From Octopus sinensis (taxonomy: Eukaryota): a stretch of DNA of 64,000 bases. The translations under genes were made by a program, and so were the position numbers. Under the pieces are notes generated by a model, which was not told where the DNA came from, made no database searches, and saw only the letters and a program-made list of their open reading frames with translations. This document shows, one piece after another, positions 11,695 to 23,582 of this stretch (its first letter is position 1; the number at the start of each line of letters is the position of its first letter). The DNA lies in the NCBI RefSeq assembly GCF_006345805.1, contig NC_043005.1:59148001-59212000 (forward strand), written 5' to 3'.

Positions 11695-12300
11695 AATAAT
11701 AAATCTATGAGCAAGGTATAAGCAGTAGCTGCACAACATTGTGAAGTATATTTGCCACTTAAATGTGGCTAACCCTTAAGGGTTGATGCTACTATAGCTT
11801 GTAGCCCCAAGAAGACATCTTCTTCAGCTGGCTATTAACACACTTTCTGTGCCCTATCAGTATTTGCAAAGAGAAGTCATCCTTCCCATCTCCAACCTGA
11901 CATGATACACACGACCCAACTATCTGGGTATTGACCTGTCATCAGTGACTGACAATCACTGGTTGTCGATATGAAGTGGTTCCCAATGCAAATATATATA
12001 TCTTTTTTCCAGTGATGAAAAGTCACTGATCTCAAAAAAGTGGAAACAAGCAATAATAAATCTCTGAGCGGGGTACAAACAGTAGCTGCACAACATTATA
12101 AAGTATATTGCCACTTAAATGTGGCTAATCCTTAAGGGTTGATGCTACTGTAGCTTGTAGCCCCAGAAAGACAAATACTGATAGGGAATAGAAAGTGTGT
12201 CAATAGCCAGCTGGAGGAGATGTCTTCCTGGGGCTACAAGCTAGAGTAACATCAACCCTTAAGGGTTAGCCACATTTAGATGGAAAATCTACTTCACGAT
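11695..12300. mobile_element. Penelope-like or retrozyme-like element with direct and inverted terminal repeats
   Basis: Direct repeat at 11695-11817 and 12052-12173 (period 357). 12174-12300 is an inverted copy of about 11738-11865. Related to 40915-41357. Confidence 0.75.
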
Positions 12301-12324
12301 TATATATATATATATATATATAAG

Positions 12325-13200
12325 CATTAGATGTGGTGTGCAAGAGAGACGACTGCATTGGTATAGTCATGTGGTGAGAATGGATGAGGATAGCTGTGTG
12401 AAAAAGTGCCACACCCTAGCCATTGAGGGAACCTGTGGAAGAGGTAGACCCAGGAAGACCTGGGATTAAGTGGTGAAGCACAACCTTCGAACATTAGGCC
12501 TCACCAAGGAAATGACTAGCGACTGAGACCTTTGGAAATATGCTGTGCTCGAGAAGACCTGGCAAGCCAGATGAAACCATAACCCGTGGCCTATGTCAGG
12601 AGCATAACCAGCCCGCTTATGCGTAGCTTTTCCTTCTTTGGTCACTAAACTTTGCTTACGAAGACCTGTTGAGGCAAGTGAAATCAAATCAAAATCAAAA
12701 TCACTTCGATGACTGGCATCTGTGCTAGCAGGGTGCAAAGAGCACCATACGAGTGTGATCATTGACAGAGAGGCTATTCGAGTATGATCGTTACCAGCGT
12801 CGCCTTACTGGCACTTATGCCTGTGCTAGTAGGGTGCCAAGAACACCATCCAAGCATGATCATTATGATCGTTGCCAGAGCAGCCAACTGGCTTCCGTAC
12901 CAGTGGCATGTAAAAGGGCACCATTCGAGCATGATCGTTACCAACGTCGCTTCACTGGCACCTGTGTCGGTGGTACATGTAAAAAGATTTGAGCGAAGTC
13001 ATTGCCAGTACTGCCTGACTGGTCCCCGTGCAGGTAGCGCGTAAAAAGCACCCACTACACTCTTGGAGTGGTTGGCGTTAGGAAGGGCATCCAGCTGTAG
13101 AAACTCTGGCAGATCAAGACTGGAGCCTGGTGCAGCCATCTGGTTGCCAGCCCACAGTCAAAACCGTCCAACCCATGCTAGCATGGAAAACAGACGTTAA

Positions 13201-13237
<37 letters not shown>
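12325..13237 (+). mobile_element. RTE-clade LINE 3' end with a long 3' UTR containing tandem subrepeats of about 50 bp
   Basis: Translates as RRLHWYSHVVRMDEDSCVKKCHTLAIEGTCGRGRPRKTWD*VVKHNLRTLGL, with in-frame stops. Ends ...acgttaaat(gat)n. Confidence 0.85.
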
Positions 13238-13238
<1 letters not shown>

Positions 13239-13871
13239 ATATATATACATTGATATAGATAGATACATATATACTTATGTATATATGTATATAGATAGAT
13301 ACATATACTTACATGTCAATAGATATACAATAATTTCTAGAATCTAATTAAAATCATTTTCGTTGACTCTTTCAGCCTTTACCAATTATATTTCATATCA
13401 AATTTTAATCATTAGAAAACAAGATCCATAAACAATTCTCCAAGATTTTCAGGCCAAGCAAAAAATGTGAAATTGAGGTATTTGACTTGCATCACACATT
13501 TCGTTTGCTTGTGACTGGAGAGGAAAATGTAGGTTGAGAGGGAATTTTAAATACCATCTCATACATATATGGTTACAAGAAAGCCTTATTAAGTATTCTT
13601 CTGTAACTAATTAATTGAACATCAGTGAAACAAAATCCTAGTGGGATGTCATCACACTCATTAATATTTCCTCGTTTCGATATCCTATTTCTAGCAGTTT
13701 TGGCAATATTGATTGAAATTTAATTTTTTTTTTAATATTTTGTTATTATTCTTTTATTGTTTACCATTTAGATTGTTTCTATTATTATTATTGAGCATTG
13801 CAGCCAACGTAATCAACTAACTCCCACCTCTAAAACTGCTGACCTTCAACCAAAATTTGAAGCCATTATTA

Positions 13872-13918
<47 letters not shown>

Positions 13919-13920
13919 CA

Positions 13921-13949
<29 letters not shown>

Positions 13950-13951
<2 letters not shown>

Positions 13952-14478
13952 TGAATGAGAGAGTGGTGCACACCATCAAAGTGACACCGAGGTACAAATA
14001 TATGAAGCTCATCATACCCATCGTATCTCCTTGTCTGATAAGGGTACACTAGGCACGTGTATCACAACCATACGTGTGCACCATGGTGATCTCATATCAA
14101 AAATAAACAGCGTATGACCTTGCAGTTGGGGTCCAGTTAGGATTTTCTTCCGGCTGAGTAGCCCATTCCACTCAAAAGATCCCTGAATAAGGGTTGTTTA
14201 AGGATGCTGAACAAAACAACCAAGTTTCCATAGGTGAATTATTCAAATACCAAAGGATTCCTCTCAACACATTGCTATGATTCCTTCACCACTACTCCTC
14301 CTCATGATCAGAGATGCACATATCATCAGCCACCAAGGGACATGCTCAGTTGGTTAAGGTCAAGCAACTGACAAGCAAATCTGTGGTATTGAGCAGAATA
14401 CTTGCTGTCACCCATCTTTTATACCAAGACAATTTTTACCCTGGTGTCACTTTCATGGCAAGCACTGGTCTCTCACAC

Positions 14479-14481
<3 letters not shown>
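13950..14481. mobile_element. About 530-bp unclassified repeat (family E) with inverted termini, in (TTA)n/(TAA)n
   Basis: Reverse complement of 15238-15713. Its own ends (13950-14000 and 14432-14481) are inverted repeats. Confidence 0.75.
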
Positions 14482-14516
<35 letters not shown>

Positions 14517-14551
14517 TAATAATAATGATGATGATAAGAAGAGGAGAAGAA

Positions 14552-14998
14552 GAATGGTTTCAAATTTTGCCACAAGGGCAGCCATTATGAGGAAGGGGAT
14601 AAGTCAATTATTTCACTGTTACTTAATTTATCGACCCCAAAAGGATGAAAGATAAAGTCATTCTCAGTGGAATTTGAACTCAGAACAAAGCAACAGGCAA
14701 AATACCTATTTCTTTACTACCCACAAGGGGCTAAATACAGAGGGGACAAACAAGGACAGACAAATGGATTAAGTCGATTACATCGACCCCTGTGCATAAC
14801 TGGTACTTATCTAATCAACCCTGAAAGGATGAAAAGCAAAGTCGATCTCGGCAGAATTTGAACAGACAAAATGACAGACAAAATACTGCTAAGCATTTCG
14901 CCCGGCGTGCTAACGTTTCTGCTAGCTCTCTGCTGTCAACAAGCAAAATACCATTAAGCACTTCATTGGCAGACTAACGATTCTGCCAGCTCACCACT
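14552..14998 (-). mobile_element. SINE B tandem form
   Basis: Same internal junction at 14701-14712. Confidence 0.85.
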
Positions 14999-15062
<64 letters not shown>

Positions 15063-15064
15063 TA

Positions 15065-15151
<87 letters not shown>

Positions 15152-15155
<4 letters not shown>

Positions 15156-15713
15156 AATGCCCTGATGCAGTACCAGGCAGTGGCTCTCATGGCTTCTGAT
15201 CTTAACTGATTGGAAGTGTTATCATGTACATTGTTTTGTCTTGGTATAAAAGATGGGCTACAGCAAATATTCTGCTCAATACCACAGATTTGCTTGTCAG
15301 TTGTTTGACCATAACCGGTTGAGCATGTCCCTTAGTGGCTGACAATATATGCATCTCTGATCACGAGCAGAAGTAGTGGGGGAGCATCATAGCCATGTGT
15401 TGAGAGGGATTCTTTGGGGTTTGAATAATCACCTCTGGAAACATGGGTGGTTCTTTCAACATCCTTAACAACCCTTATTCAGGGACCTTTTGAGCGGGAT
15501 GGGCTACTCAACCTGAAGAAAATTCTAACTGGGCCCCACCTGCAAGGTCATGTGCTGTTTATCTTGATATGAGATCACCATGTCGCGCACATATGGTTGT
15601 GATGCATGTTCCTGGTGTACCCTTATCAGACGGGTAGTCATGATGGGTATATTGGGCTTCGTATATTTTACCCCAGTGTCACTTTGATGGCATGAACTGT
15701 TCTCTCACTCAAT
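15152..15713. mobile_element. Family E repeat, flanked by (TAA)n
   Basis: Inverted homology to 13950-14430. Partial copies occur at 62880-63322. Confidence 0.75.
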
Positions 15714-15714
15714 A

Positions 15715-15753
<39 letters not shown>

Positions 15754-15994
15754 TAATAATATGACTTGATGCAATACCAGAATGTTGGAGAAACTGGAAT
15801 TGACATGAGGATAGAAAATGATCAGAAATTTGCTCTGTTGGTGACAACAAGGATCTTGAGATTGGTACTTGGGTGTTAAGTATCTTGAAAAGAGACCCTG
15901 TGAGACCTTTGATAATAAATTGCTTCTGATCTTACAAAATTAACAGAGCCAATGAAATCAAAAGCTCTGAGAATAATGATGATGATGATGATAA

Positions 15995-16210
15995 TGGTTT
16001 CATATTTTGGCACAAGGCCAGAAATTTTGGGGTAGAAGATAAGTCAATTATATCAACCCCAGTGTTTCACTGGTACTTAATTTATTGACCCCGAAAGGAT
16101 GAAAGGCAAAGTCAGCCTCAGCAGCATTTGAACTCAGAACATAATGACAGGCGAAATACTGCTAAGCATTCCGTCCAGCATGCTAACGATTCTGCCAGCT
16201 CACTGCCTTA
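15995..16210 (-). mobile_element. SINE B variant with an alternative 3' end
   Basis: Core gaccccgaaaggatgaaaggcaaagtc and tRNA-like head. The 3' end matches the reverse complement of 11505-11648. Confidence 0.8.
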
Positions 16211-18088
16211 ATAATAATGACGACGACGACGACAACGACGACGACGGCGACAACGACGACGACGGCGGCGGCGACGACGATGGCGGCGGCGACAACGACG
16301 ACGACGACGAAGAAGAAGAAGAAAAAGAAGATAAAGAAGAAGACAAGGAGCTTCCTTGTAAAGAAAACTCTCAAAATAGAAGAGAAAAAGAAATAAATTG
16401 GCAACAACCTAGAAATATTTTATACTAATAATATTCATTGGTTCCAGCACAAGACCAAGCTGGTTACTAACTAGATTGAATTTGTTCATATTTCTTACCT
16501 AGGGCTAAACACATAGCTACTAACAATAACCATCATGTTAACAACAGTTTGGGCCTTATAGTTGAAATGTTTTTTCTGTAATCATATGGGTGTAGGTTTG
16601 GGCCTAATTCATAGCAGTTCAACAAATGCCTTGCAAGTGAAATGAAGTGAACAGAACTTTGTAGAAGCCTGTCAGATGCGCATGTTGTACATGTTCTTGG
16701 CTTGTATGCATTTAAAGTCATTAACTGGCTCTCGTATACCATTAACGAAGTCTACTGGTCTGCATGCAAGCAGTCTGCAAGCTGAAGATAAGACGAAGCT
16801 CTGGTTTCTACTTCCTTCTCACCATCACCGCTTTCAATGGTTCGACAAAAAAATGGTTATACTGATTCCCCATCTTTTGCTGATTAAACCACACAGAAAA
16901 ATAAGTATAGAGATAAAAATGGAAATAAAAATAAGAGAACAGCAACAATTATAAAAACATGATTTGTATCTTTCAATAATGGAAGTGTTGAGTGATAAAA
17001 GAAAGTATTTCCCCTCTGCCAAGCACCATGATGCTAATAAAAGAAACGTTCGTGTAGAAAAGAAATAAAAAGATTAGCTTTTAAGTAAACCAGTAAAGGT
17101 AGAAGAATTCTGAATGCTATCTGTTATGATTAGATAATAAGAAAGAAAGAATGAAAGAAAAGAAAGAAGGATGGGAAGGAAAGAAAGAAAGAATGACAGA
17201 AGGAAAAGAAAGAATGGTAAGTGATATAAGAATGAAATGGTAAATAGAATATATAGTTATATAAAGTGGATGAAACAGGTTAAGATAATAAATTGCACGA
17301 CTTAAGTCATATATTTCATTCGACATGTCGGATAAATACCATTAAAAATATAAACGAAGAGTGAATGGCATGCTTAGCCAAAAAAAAAAAAAAAGAAAAA
17401 AGTAAAGAGTAAAAACAAAAAACAACAAATATAACTACGAAGCAAACAAAATAAGAAAGATACATGTATAGCATTACCAGAATTAAATGACATCCTGATT
17501 ATATGGAAAACATATGCTTTTTGAATTATTCAGAGGAAAAAAAAAGAAGAAAAAAAAAAGAAAAATTACTGAAAATTGTTAGTGATAAAAATGAGCTTGC
17601 AATATCAGGTGGTGGTGATGGTGGTGGTGGCTAAAAAGAGTTGAACTTTATTCATAGTAAAATAATAAATGGCAATTAGTAATTTTAAGAAAATTAGTTG
17701 TGGTTGTGGCAGGCTAATCCCAAGATGGCCAGCCCTGATCATGCACAACTTTGATCAGATGTATTTAAATTATAATATTATTTTCAGAAATAGTATACCA
17801 TCAGCTACATTAGCCAATGTATCAACTTTCTTTTGAGACAGTCGGGTGTGATATGAAGTAGATTTGGCTGATATTTCTCACAGATCAAATTACTATGCTG
17901 AGTCTAACTTATTTATTTGAATATTGATTTATGATATTGGCAATATGTCCAGGAACTTTTCAGTAGAGGTGGGACAATCAGTTAAATAGACCTTCATCCA
18001 TTACTGGTTCTTATCTTAACAACTTTGAAGGAATGCAAGGTAAAGCCTGCATTGGTGGAATTTGAACTTAAGATGTAATGAGGGATTC

Positions 18089-18313
18089 TTAACCCTTTAG
18101 CATTCAGAGTATTCTGTAAAATGTGATGTTTATTTGATCACATTGCTTTGAATTAACCATGCATTATCTTCTAACTCTAAGATTGCAATGTGAGTGTTTG
18201 TTTTTAGACTGACTTTGTAGGGTAGGTGTAAGATGCAAGAGCTGGCCATTTTAAACATAAAATTGGTAAAATATCTGGGCCTGTTATGGCTGCTTTGAAT
18301 ATTAAAGGGTTAA
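18089..18313. mobile_element. piggyBac-type MITE (family 2)
   Basis: ttaa-ccctttagcattca ... tgaatattaaaggg-ttaa, giving a TTAA target and CCCTTT TIRs. Partial copies at about 7790-7973 and 57770-58000. Confidence 0.8.
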
Positions 18314-19276
18314 TGAATTCTCTCATTCAACATAATTTACAGAATGTTTTCTCTTTTACTTGGTTTTTATATTTGGTTTGCAAGATTCTTGATGTGAATC
18401 CGTGGATCACAGGTAAGTTCACTGCCATTAATTCCTCACAGGAGAGTTTACTGCCAATAGTTCCCCATGCAGGAATTTCACTGTGTGGAAAGTTAACTGC
18501 AAAGGAAAGTTTGCCAAGAAAATATATCCATAGCATCTCATGATTAATAGTTAAAAACTATTTTATTGCAAAAAAAAACAAAAAACAAAAGAAAAAAAGA
18601 ACAAGAGAAAAATTGAAGTTGAAAAATTATGTCTAAAAATCCATGCAATGAACTTTCTCTGCAGTGAATTTACCAGACATAGAATTCGTATGTTGGAAAT
18701 AATTTTTTTCTGTCTTAGGGGAATCATTCTCAGACAGACTTGCAAACCTTGGAAGTCAGAAATGATTCCCAAGACACAGCAAAATTTTCTCTTTTAAATT
18801 TTACTGTAGACTAATTAGAGAAGTAAGAGCAGCCCCCATGACACTTCTGACAATCTCCAGGCAGAAGGGAAAAATTTATGCCCAGACTGAAAACTTTATC
18901 TGAAGGCCTGCAGTGCAGTGATCACTGCTACAGGCAGCCAATGCTCAGGCTGTAATGTTAAACTGAATGTTGGATTAAGTTTATCACTCATGAACAAGAA
19001 TGGCCCTTTCACTCAGATAAACTTCCACACCGATCCTGTATACTCCATCTTCCACTCAGATGAGCTTTCACACAGATTCTGTGTATTCAGTTTCATTTAC
19101 ACAGTTGGATCTTGGTGAGAAATTAGGCATGGCAAAACACGACAGCTTTTGAGTCCCAGAAGTAGCATTGGCGGAGAGGGTGTCCACTCAAAATTACCAA
19201 GGGTGGCAGCTTTTATTGGGAATGGTTTAGCATATACAATTATAATCAACACCTAATATTTTGACTTATCCAGTTT

Positions 19277-19487
19277 CCTCAGTGACAGATGTCTGGTAGC
19301 CACATACAAGCAGAATCTCACTGCCAATAAAACATAGAATTTCAGTGTCGCTTCAGGTACTGATATTGCAAATAGCCAGTAGATTTATTGATAAATAATT
19401 ATTAGTGACAGAAGCAATATTAAATTCTATATATTGTTGGCAGTGAGATTCAGCTAGTATGCTGCTACAAGACATCTACCACTGAGG
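19277..19487. repeat. Fold-back (MITE-like) element with arms of about 51 bp or more
   Basis: cctcagtgacagatgtctggtagccacatacaagcagaatctcactgccaa pairs with ttggcagtgagattcagctagtatgctgctacaagacatctaccactgagg. Confidence 0.8.
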
Positions 19488-19733
19488 TGACCAGATAGGT
19501 TGAAACCACATGATCTAGCAGTCACAGTGCCTGTAGCAGCTGATTCCCACCTGCTAACCACACACCCACATATATATACATATATATACATGAGTGCTTT
19601 AATGCACTATGCATCCATATGAGAGGTCCTCTCAAAGTAAATAATGTGGTATTTAGTGATCTAATAAAGCATCTACATTAAGTTGGATACAAAGATAGCT
19701 TTTGCTATTAATACTGCTTCTGTCATAATGATC

Positions 19734-19769
<36 letters not shown>

Positions 19770-19824
19770 TGTATGTATGTATGTATGTATGTATGTATTT
19801 ATGTATGTAAGTATGTAAGTATAA

Positions 19825-19855
<31 letters not shown>

Positions 19856-19906
19856 ATATATGTGTGGTTGAGTAGGAAATAGAAAGTCTTTGATACTGTA
19901 TTATAT

Positions 19907-20062
19907 ATTGAAAAAATGAATAGAAAAGGTTTTTCTGATAATTTTTCTACTTTAAGAATTAGATGTTTATAAGTTATTAGATGTTCACCCAATAACTTAT
20001 AAACATCTAATTATTAAAGTGGTGAAATTATCAGAAAAACAATTTCTATTCATTTTTTCAAT
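19907..20062. repeat. Near-perfect hairpin with 72-bp arms and a 12-nt loop
   Basis: Arms 19907-19978 and 19991-20062, with about 6 mismatches by eye. Confidence 0.9.
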
Positions 20063-20064
20063 CT

Positions 20065-20160
<96 letters not shown>

Positions 20161-20281
20161 ATATATATATATCTATATATATATATATTTAGATGTATAT
20201 ATATTCACACATATATACATGCATGCACACACACACACATATATACATGCATGCACACACACACACATATACATATATGTA

Positions 20282-20342
<61 letters not shown>

Positions 20343-20344
20343 CA

Positions 20345-20548
20345 TACTGGAGTAAACACATAATGTGAAACAAGGTGGAAAAAAGAATTCTCAAATACCA
20401 GAGGTAGAGTAATATGCTTTATTTAAAAGCAGCAGAAATTCAACAAAAGCTGTTACTCTGCATTTCCCGTTCCCGTTCATCCGACAGTTTTGTTAACAAA
20501 AACTCTGAGTAACAGCTTTTGTTTAATTTCTGCTGCTTTTAAATAAAG
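20345..20548 (-). mobile_element. Penelope-like fold-back element with a decayed hammerhead at 20446-20491
   Basis: Inverted arms at about 20413-20457 and 20508-20551. - strand reads ctgt-CGGATGA-acgggaacgg-GAAA-tgcagag-TA-acag. Embedded in (TA)n. Confidence 0.65.
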
Positions 20549-20586
20549 TATATATATATATATATAAAATCTCTGAGCGAGAAGTA

Positions 20587-20635
<49 letters not shown>

Positions 20636-20636
<1 letters not shown>

Positions 20637-20830
20637 GTTATAATCCTTAAAATGGTGGATTGTTATAACGCCCACTTGGGTATACATTATACTTAGTAAA
20701 ACCAGTGAAGACACGACTTACTCTGACTACCTACTATGTACACTGGTACTTCACATACTTCTCTTTACTTATAGTGACTAGGTTACTTCATTCGCCATGA
20801 GGAGTGTACCATTATTACTAATTCCATACA
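20636..20830 (-). repeat. 3' LTR (195 bp)
   Basis: tgttataatcc...ttccataca. Direct repeat of 23249-23441, roughly 80-85% identical by eye. The PPT lies at 20834-20844. Confidence 0.9.
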
Positions 20831-20999
20831 ATATCTCCCCTTTTAAATTTTTCTGATGAACTGTCATTTTGTTTAGCAACAAATTTTTTTATTCATTTAA
20901 TATTTTTTTGTGCTTGGCATCTATTTTCAGGAGCTCTGTATGTTTTCTTTTCCTTTCACTAGTACATCTGGGTTCAATTACCTGCAGTGGCATGAGAAC

Positions 21000-21790
21000 T
21001 TGGAATGCATCATACAACCATTCCATCAGTTCTTCCAACTTCTTTAGTTTGCTTTCCACAAATCTTTTTCAGTTGGTTCCTGCATCTCTTTTGTATACCT
21101 TTTCTACTTTTTACCCAATACATTATTTTACCTATGCATTTGGTAATTACACCATCTTCCCAACTATGCTTTTCATTTTTGTATGCCCTCATATATACCT
21201 TTTCACTAACTTTAAAGAATCTTGCTATGTCTTCCCATGCACTTTTTCTTTTCTTGCCAGGTAGCAATTTATTAAAAACTGATTTTACTTTCTTTGCAAA
21301 CATTAGCACCGCTGCTGAGCTACTTGCTGGTGTATTCAGATTTGGTGTCACACAGTGTACTCTTAAACATTGTTGTAGACCTGCCTCATCCATGACTTCC
21401 TTATTTGATTTTCTAAGGGCTCTTTTGAAGGTATCAGCAAAACATTCTGTCTGTCCATTAGATCTGGGATAGTATGGCACGTAGTTCTACCATGAACGTT
21501 TCACAAAAATCTTTTAAATTCGCTAGACACAAATTGTGTTCCCTTGTCAGACACTATCTTGTCTGGGATGCCAAATCTTGCAAATAATTCATGTAAAAAA
21601 ATTATCACAGTTGAGGAGGTTGGTTTTTTACACTTGCAAATTTCAGGCTATTTCGAAAAACTACCAACTACCACTAAGTAGTGAGAACCATTTAAAGGAC
21701 TAGCAAAATCAATGAGTAGTCTTGACCACGAAACATCTACTTTTAAACAATGTTTACTTTTTATCGTGGGCATTTTTTGCTTTCATTTTG
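21000..21790 (-). pseudogene. Gypsy integrase core and C-terminal remnant
   Basis: WSRLLIDFASPLNGSHYLVVVGSFSK*PEI...FARFGIPDKIVSDKGTQF, then after a frameshift PYYPRSNGQTECFADTFKRAL, all rve-type motifs. Confidence 0.88.
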
Positions 21791-22099
21791 GCTTACATAC
21801 AGGTGATCCACTCTGTTTTACTGCAATTTTTTTATTCAGTCTCTCAGCCGCATTCGAAACTTCAACTGAACTGACTATATTTTCACACAAAACACTTATG
21901 GGCATATTCCATACTTTGAATACTTCCATCCACTCTGTGCTGAATAAATTAAGTGAACTTTTTAACACATATATCTTTGCCTTTTTTGCTTGACCTCAAA
22001 ATGTTACATTATATACGAATTCATTGAAAAATATCATTTTTTACCCATAACACCATGTGCTACCTTTTTCAATTTAATTAATTTCACCTTACCAACATA

Positions 22100-23144
22100 T
22101 TTCTAAGTTTTTTTTTCGTTTATAATGGTGTCCAACTGCATTTTAACACTTGTATTTCTGATTTTCACCTTCACAAATTTCCTCCTCGTTATATAACCAA
22201 TTTCTTCTGATGACATACTATTTATTCTTTTTCCTTTCTTCTGATGTTTTGTCATCTTCGTTCTACAATGCGTCTTCATATGTCCTGTATTTCCACAATG
22301 ACAGCACTCCACTTTCTTAAACAGACAATTTTTCCTCAGATGTATATCTCCACATGAAAACATGGGTTTATTTCTTGATTTTTTGTTGTGTTTTTTAGAA
22401 AACTCTTTATCTCTATTCTGACTGTTTCACACTTATTTTACTTAAAAACAATCTTTCCGGTTGATTACTTCTCTGTCGTGTCTTAATTTTTCTATCCTTT
22501 CACATTCTTCTGACACTTGCTGTAGGGTTACATCCAAGTTTTGTTCTAGCCTGGTGGGAATTCTAGTTCTAACTTCTGCGGCTTTTTCCACAGTAAGTCC
22601 CTGTGTAAAAATCAGGCATTTGAACATATCTGTCACTAATTCACCCTGCTCAAACTTCTCACATTAGCTGTTTACTCTACCACCATATGTGATGTAATCC
22701 TCATCATTGTTTTTCTGTGTTCAGACACTTCCATTATATGTTGAACAATGAACTTTTTTCACTGAAAATTTTACACAGTATATCTATTGTGTCATTAAAG
22801 TTTTATGTCTGAAGATTTTCTTGGGACTACATAATTGTTGTAACGCTCATGTACTCCTACCACCAGTTTTCTTAAGATTAAGCATGTTTTCATCTTGTCG
22901 TCCCAATCTTTACAATATTTATCACAGATTTGCTCATATCTTCTGTTGTAAGCCTCAACAATAACCCCGTCATCTGGTTCGGATTTGAAATGTTATCTAG
23001 TTTGTAACATAGGCTGGCGAGGACATATTTTATGAATTTCCTGATGACTTCATTAATTGCAGTATTTGTTATTGTAAAATTATATTGTTGTTGTTGTTTT
23101 TGCAACTTGAGCAAGCCAGCCAACAAATTTTCCATATTTTTCAT
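22100..23144 (-). pseudogene. Gypsy gag with Cys/His knuckle, plus start of the aspartic protease
   Basis: FSCGDIHLRKNCLFKKVECCHCGNTGHMKTHCR contains a CX2CX4HX4C knuckle. KFVKVKIRNTSVKMQLDT is the protease D-T motif. Multiple stops and frameshifts. Confidence 0.85.
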
Positions 23145-23248
23145 AAAATTTGCACAACAAAAACTTTGTGAGTTTGTTAACTCCTCATGAGTTCATTCCT
23201 CATCAAGTTTATTAATACTTCATGAGTTGTTTAAATCTTCATCGCCAC

Positions 23249-23441
23249 TGTTAAAGTCCTTGAAATGTTGGATTGTTATAACGCCCACTTCAGTATACCA
23301 GTAAAACCAGTAAAGACATGACTATCTCTGACCACCTACTATGTACTCTAGTACTTTGTGTACTTCTGTTTACTTATAGTAACTATGTTATTCCATTCAT
23401 CACTTGGGCGGAGTGTACCATTATTACTAATTCCGTCAACA
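23249..23441 (-). repeat. 5' LTR (193 bp)
   Basis: tgttaaagtcc...ttccgtcaaca. The PBS-like gtggcgatgaag lies on the - strand at 23237-23248. Confidence 0.9.
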
Positions 23442-23582
23442 ATATATATGTGTGTATGTGCATGTGTATACACATAAGCACACACACACATATATGTATA
23501 TATATCTGGATATATGTAAGCACACAGTACTGCAATACACATACACAAAGAAACAAACAACTAAACACAAAAACATGCTCAT

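Larger units (their letters stand above)
20636..23441 (-). mobile_element. Ty3/Gypsy LTR retrotransposon, internally deleted and decayed (about 2.8 kb)
   Basis: Two TG...CA LTRs, a PBS (tggcgatga) next to the 5' LTR, a PPT (aaaaggggaga) next to the 3' LTR, and gag, protease and integrase remnants. Inserted in (TA)n. Confidence 0.92.

Noticed and set aside
12005-12050. + strand gtgatga...gtggaaac as a hammerhead
   Set aside because: C3 is replaced by G, helix II is unconvincing, and there is no helix III or helix I.
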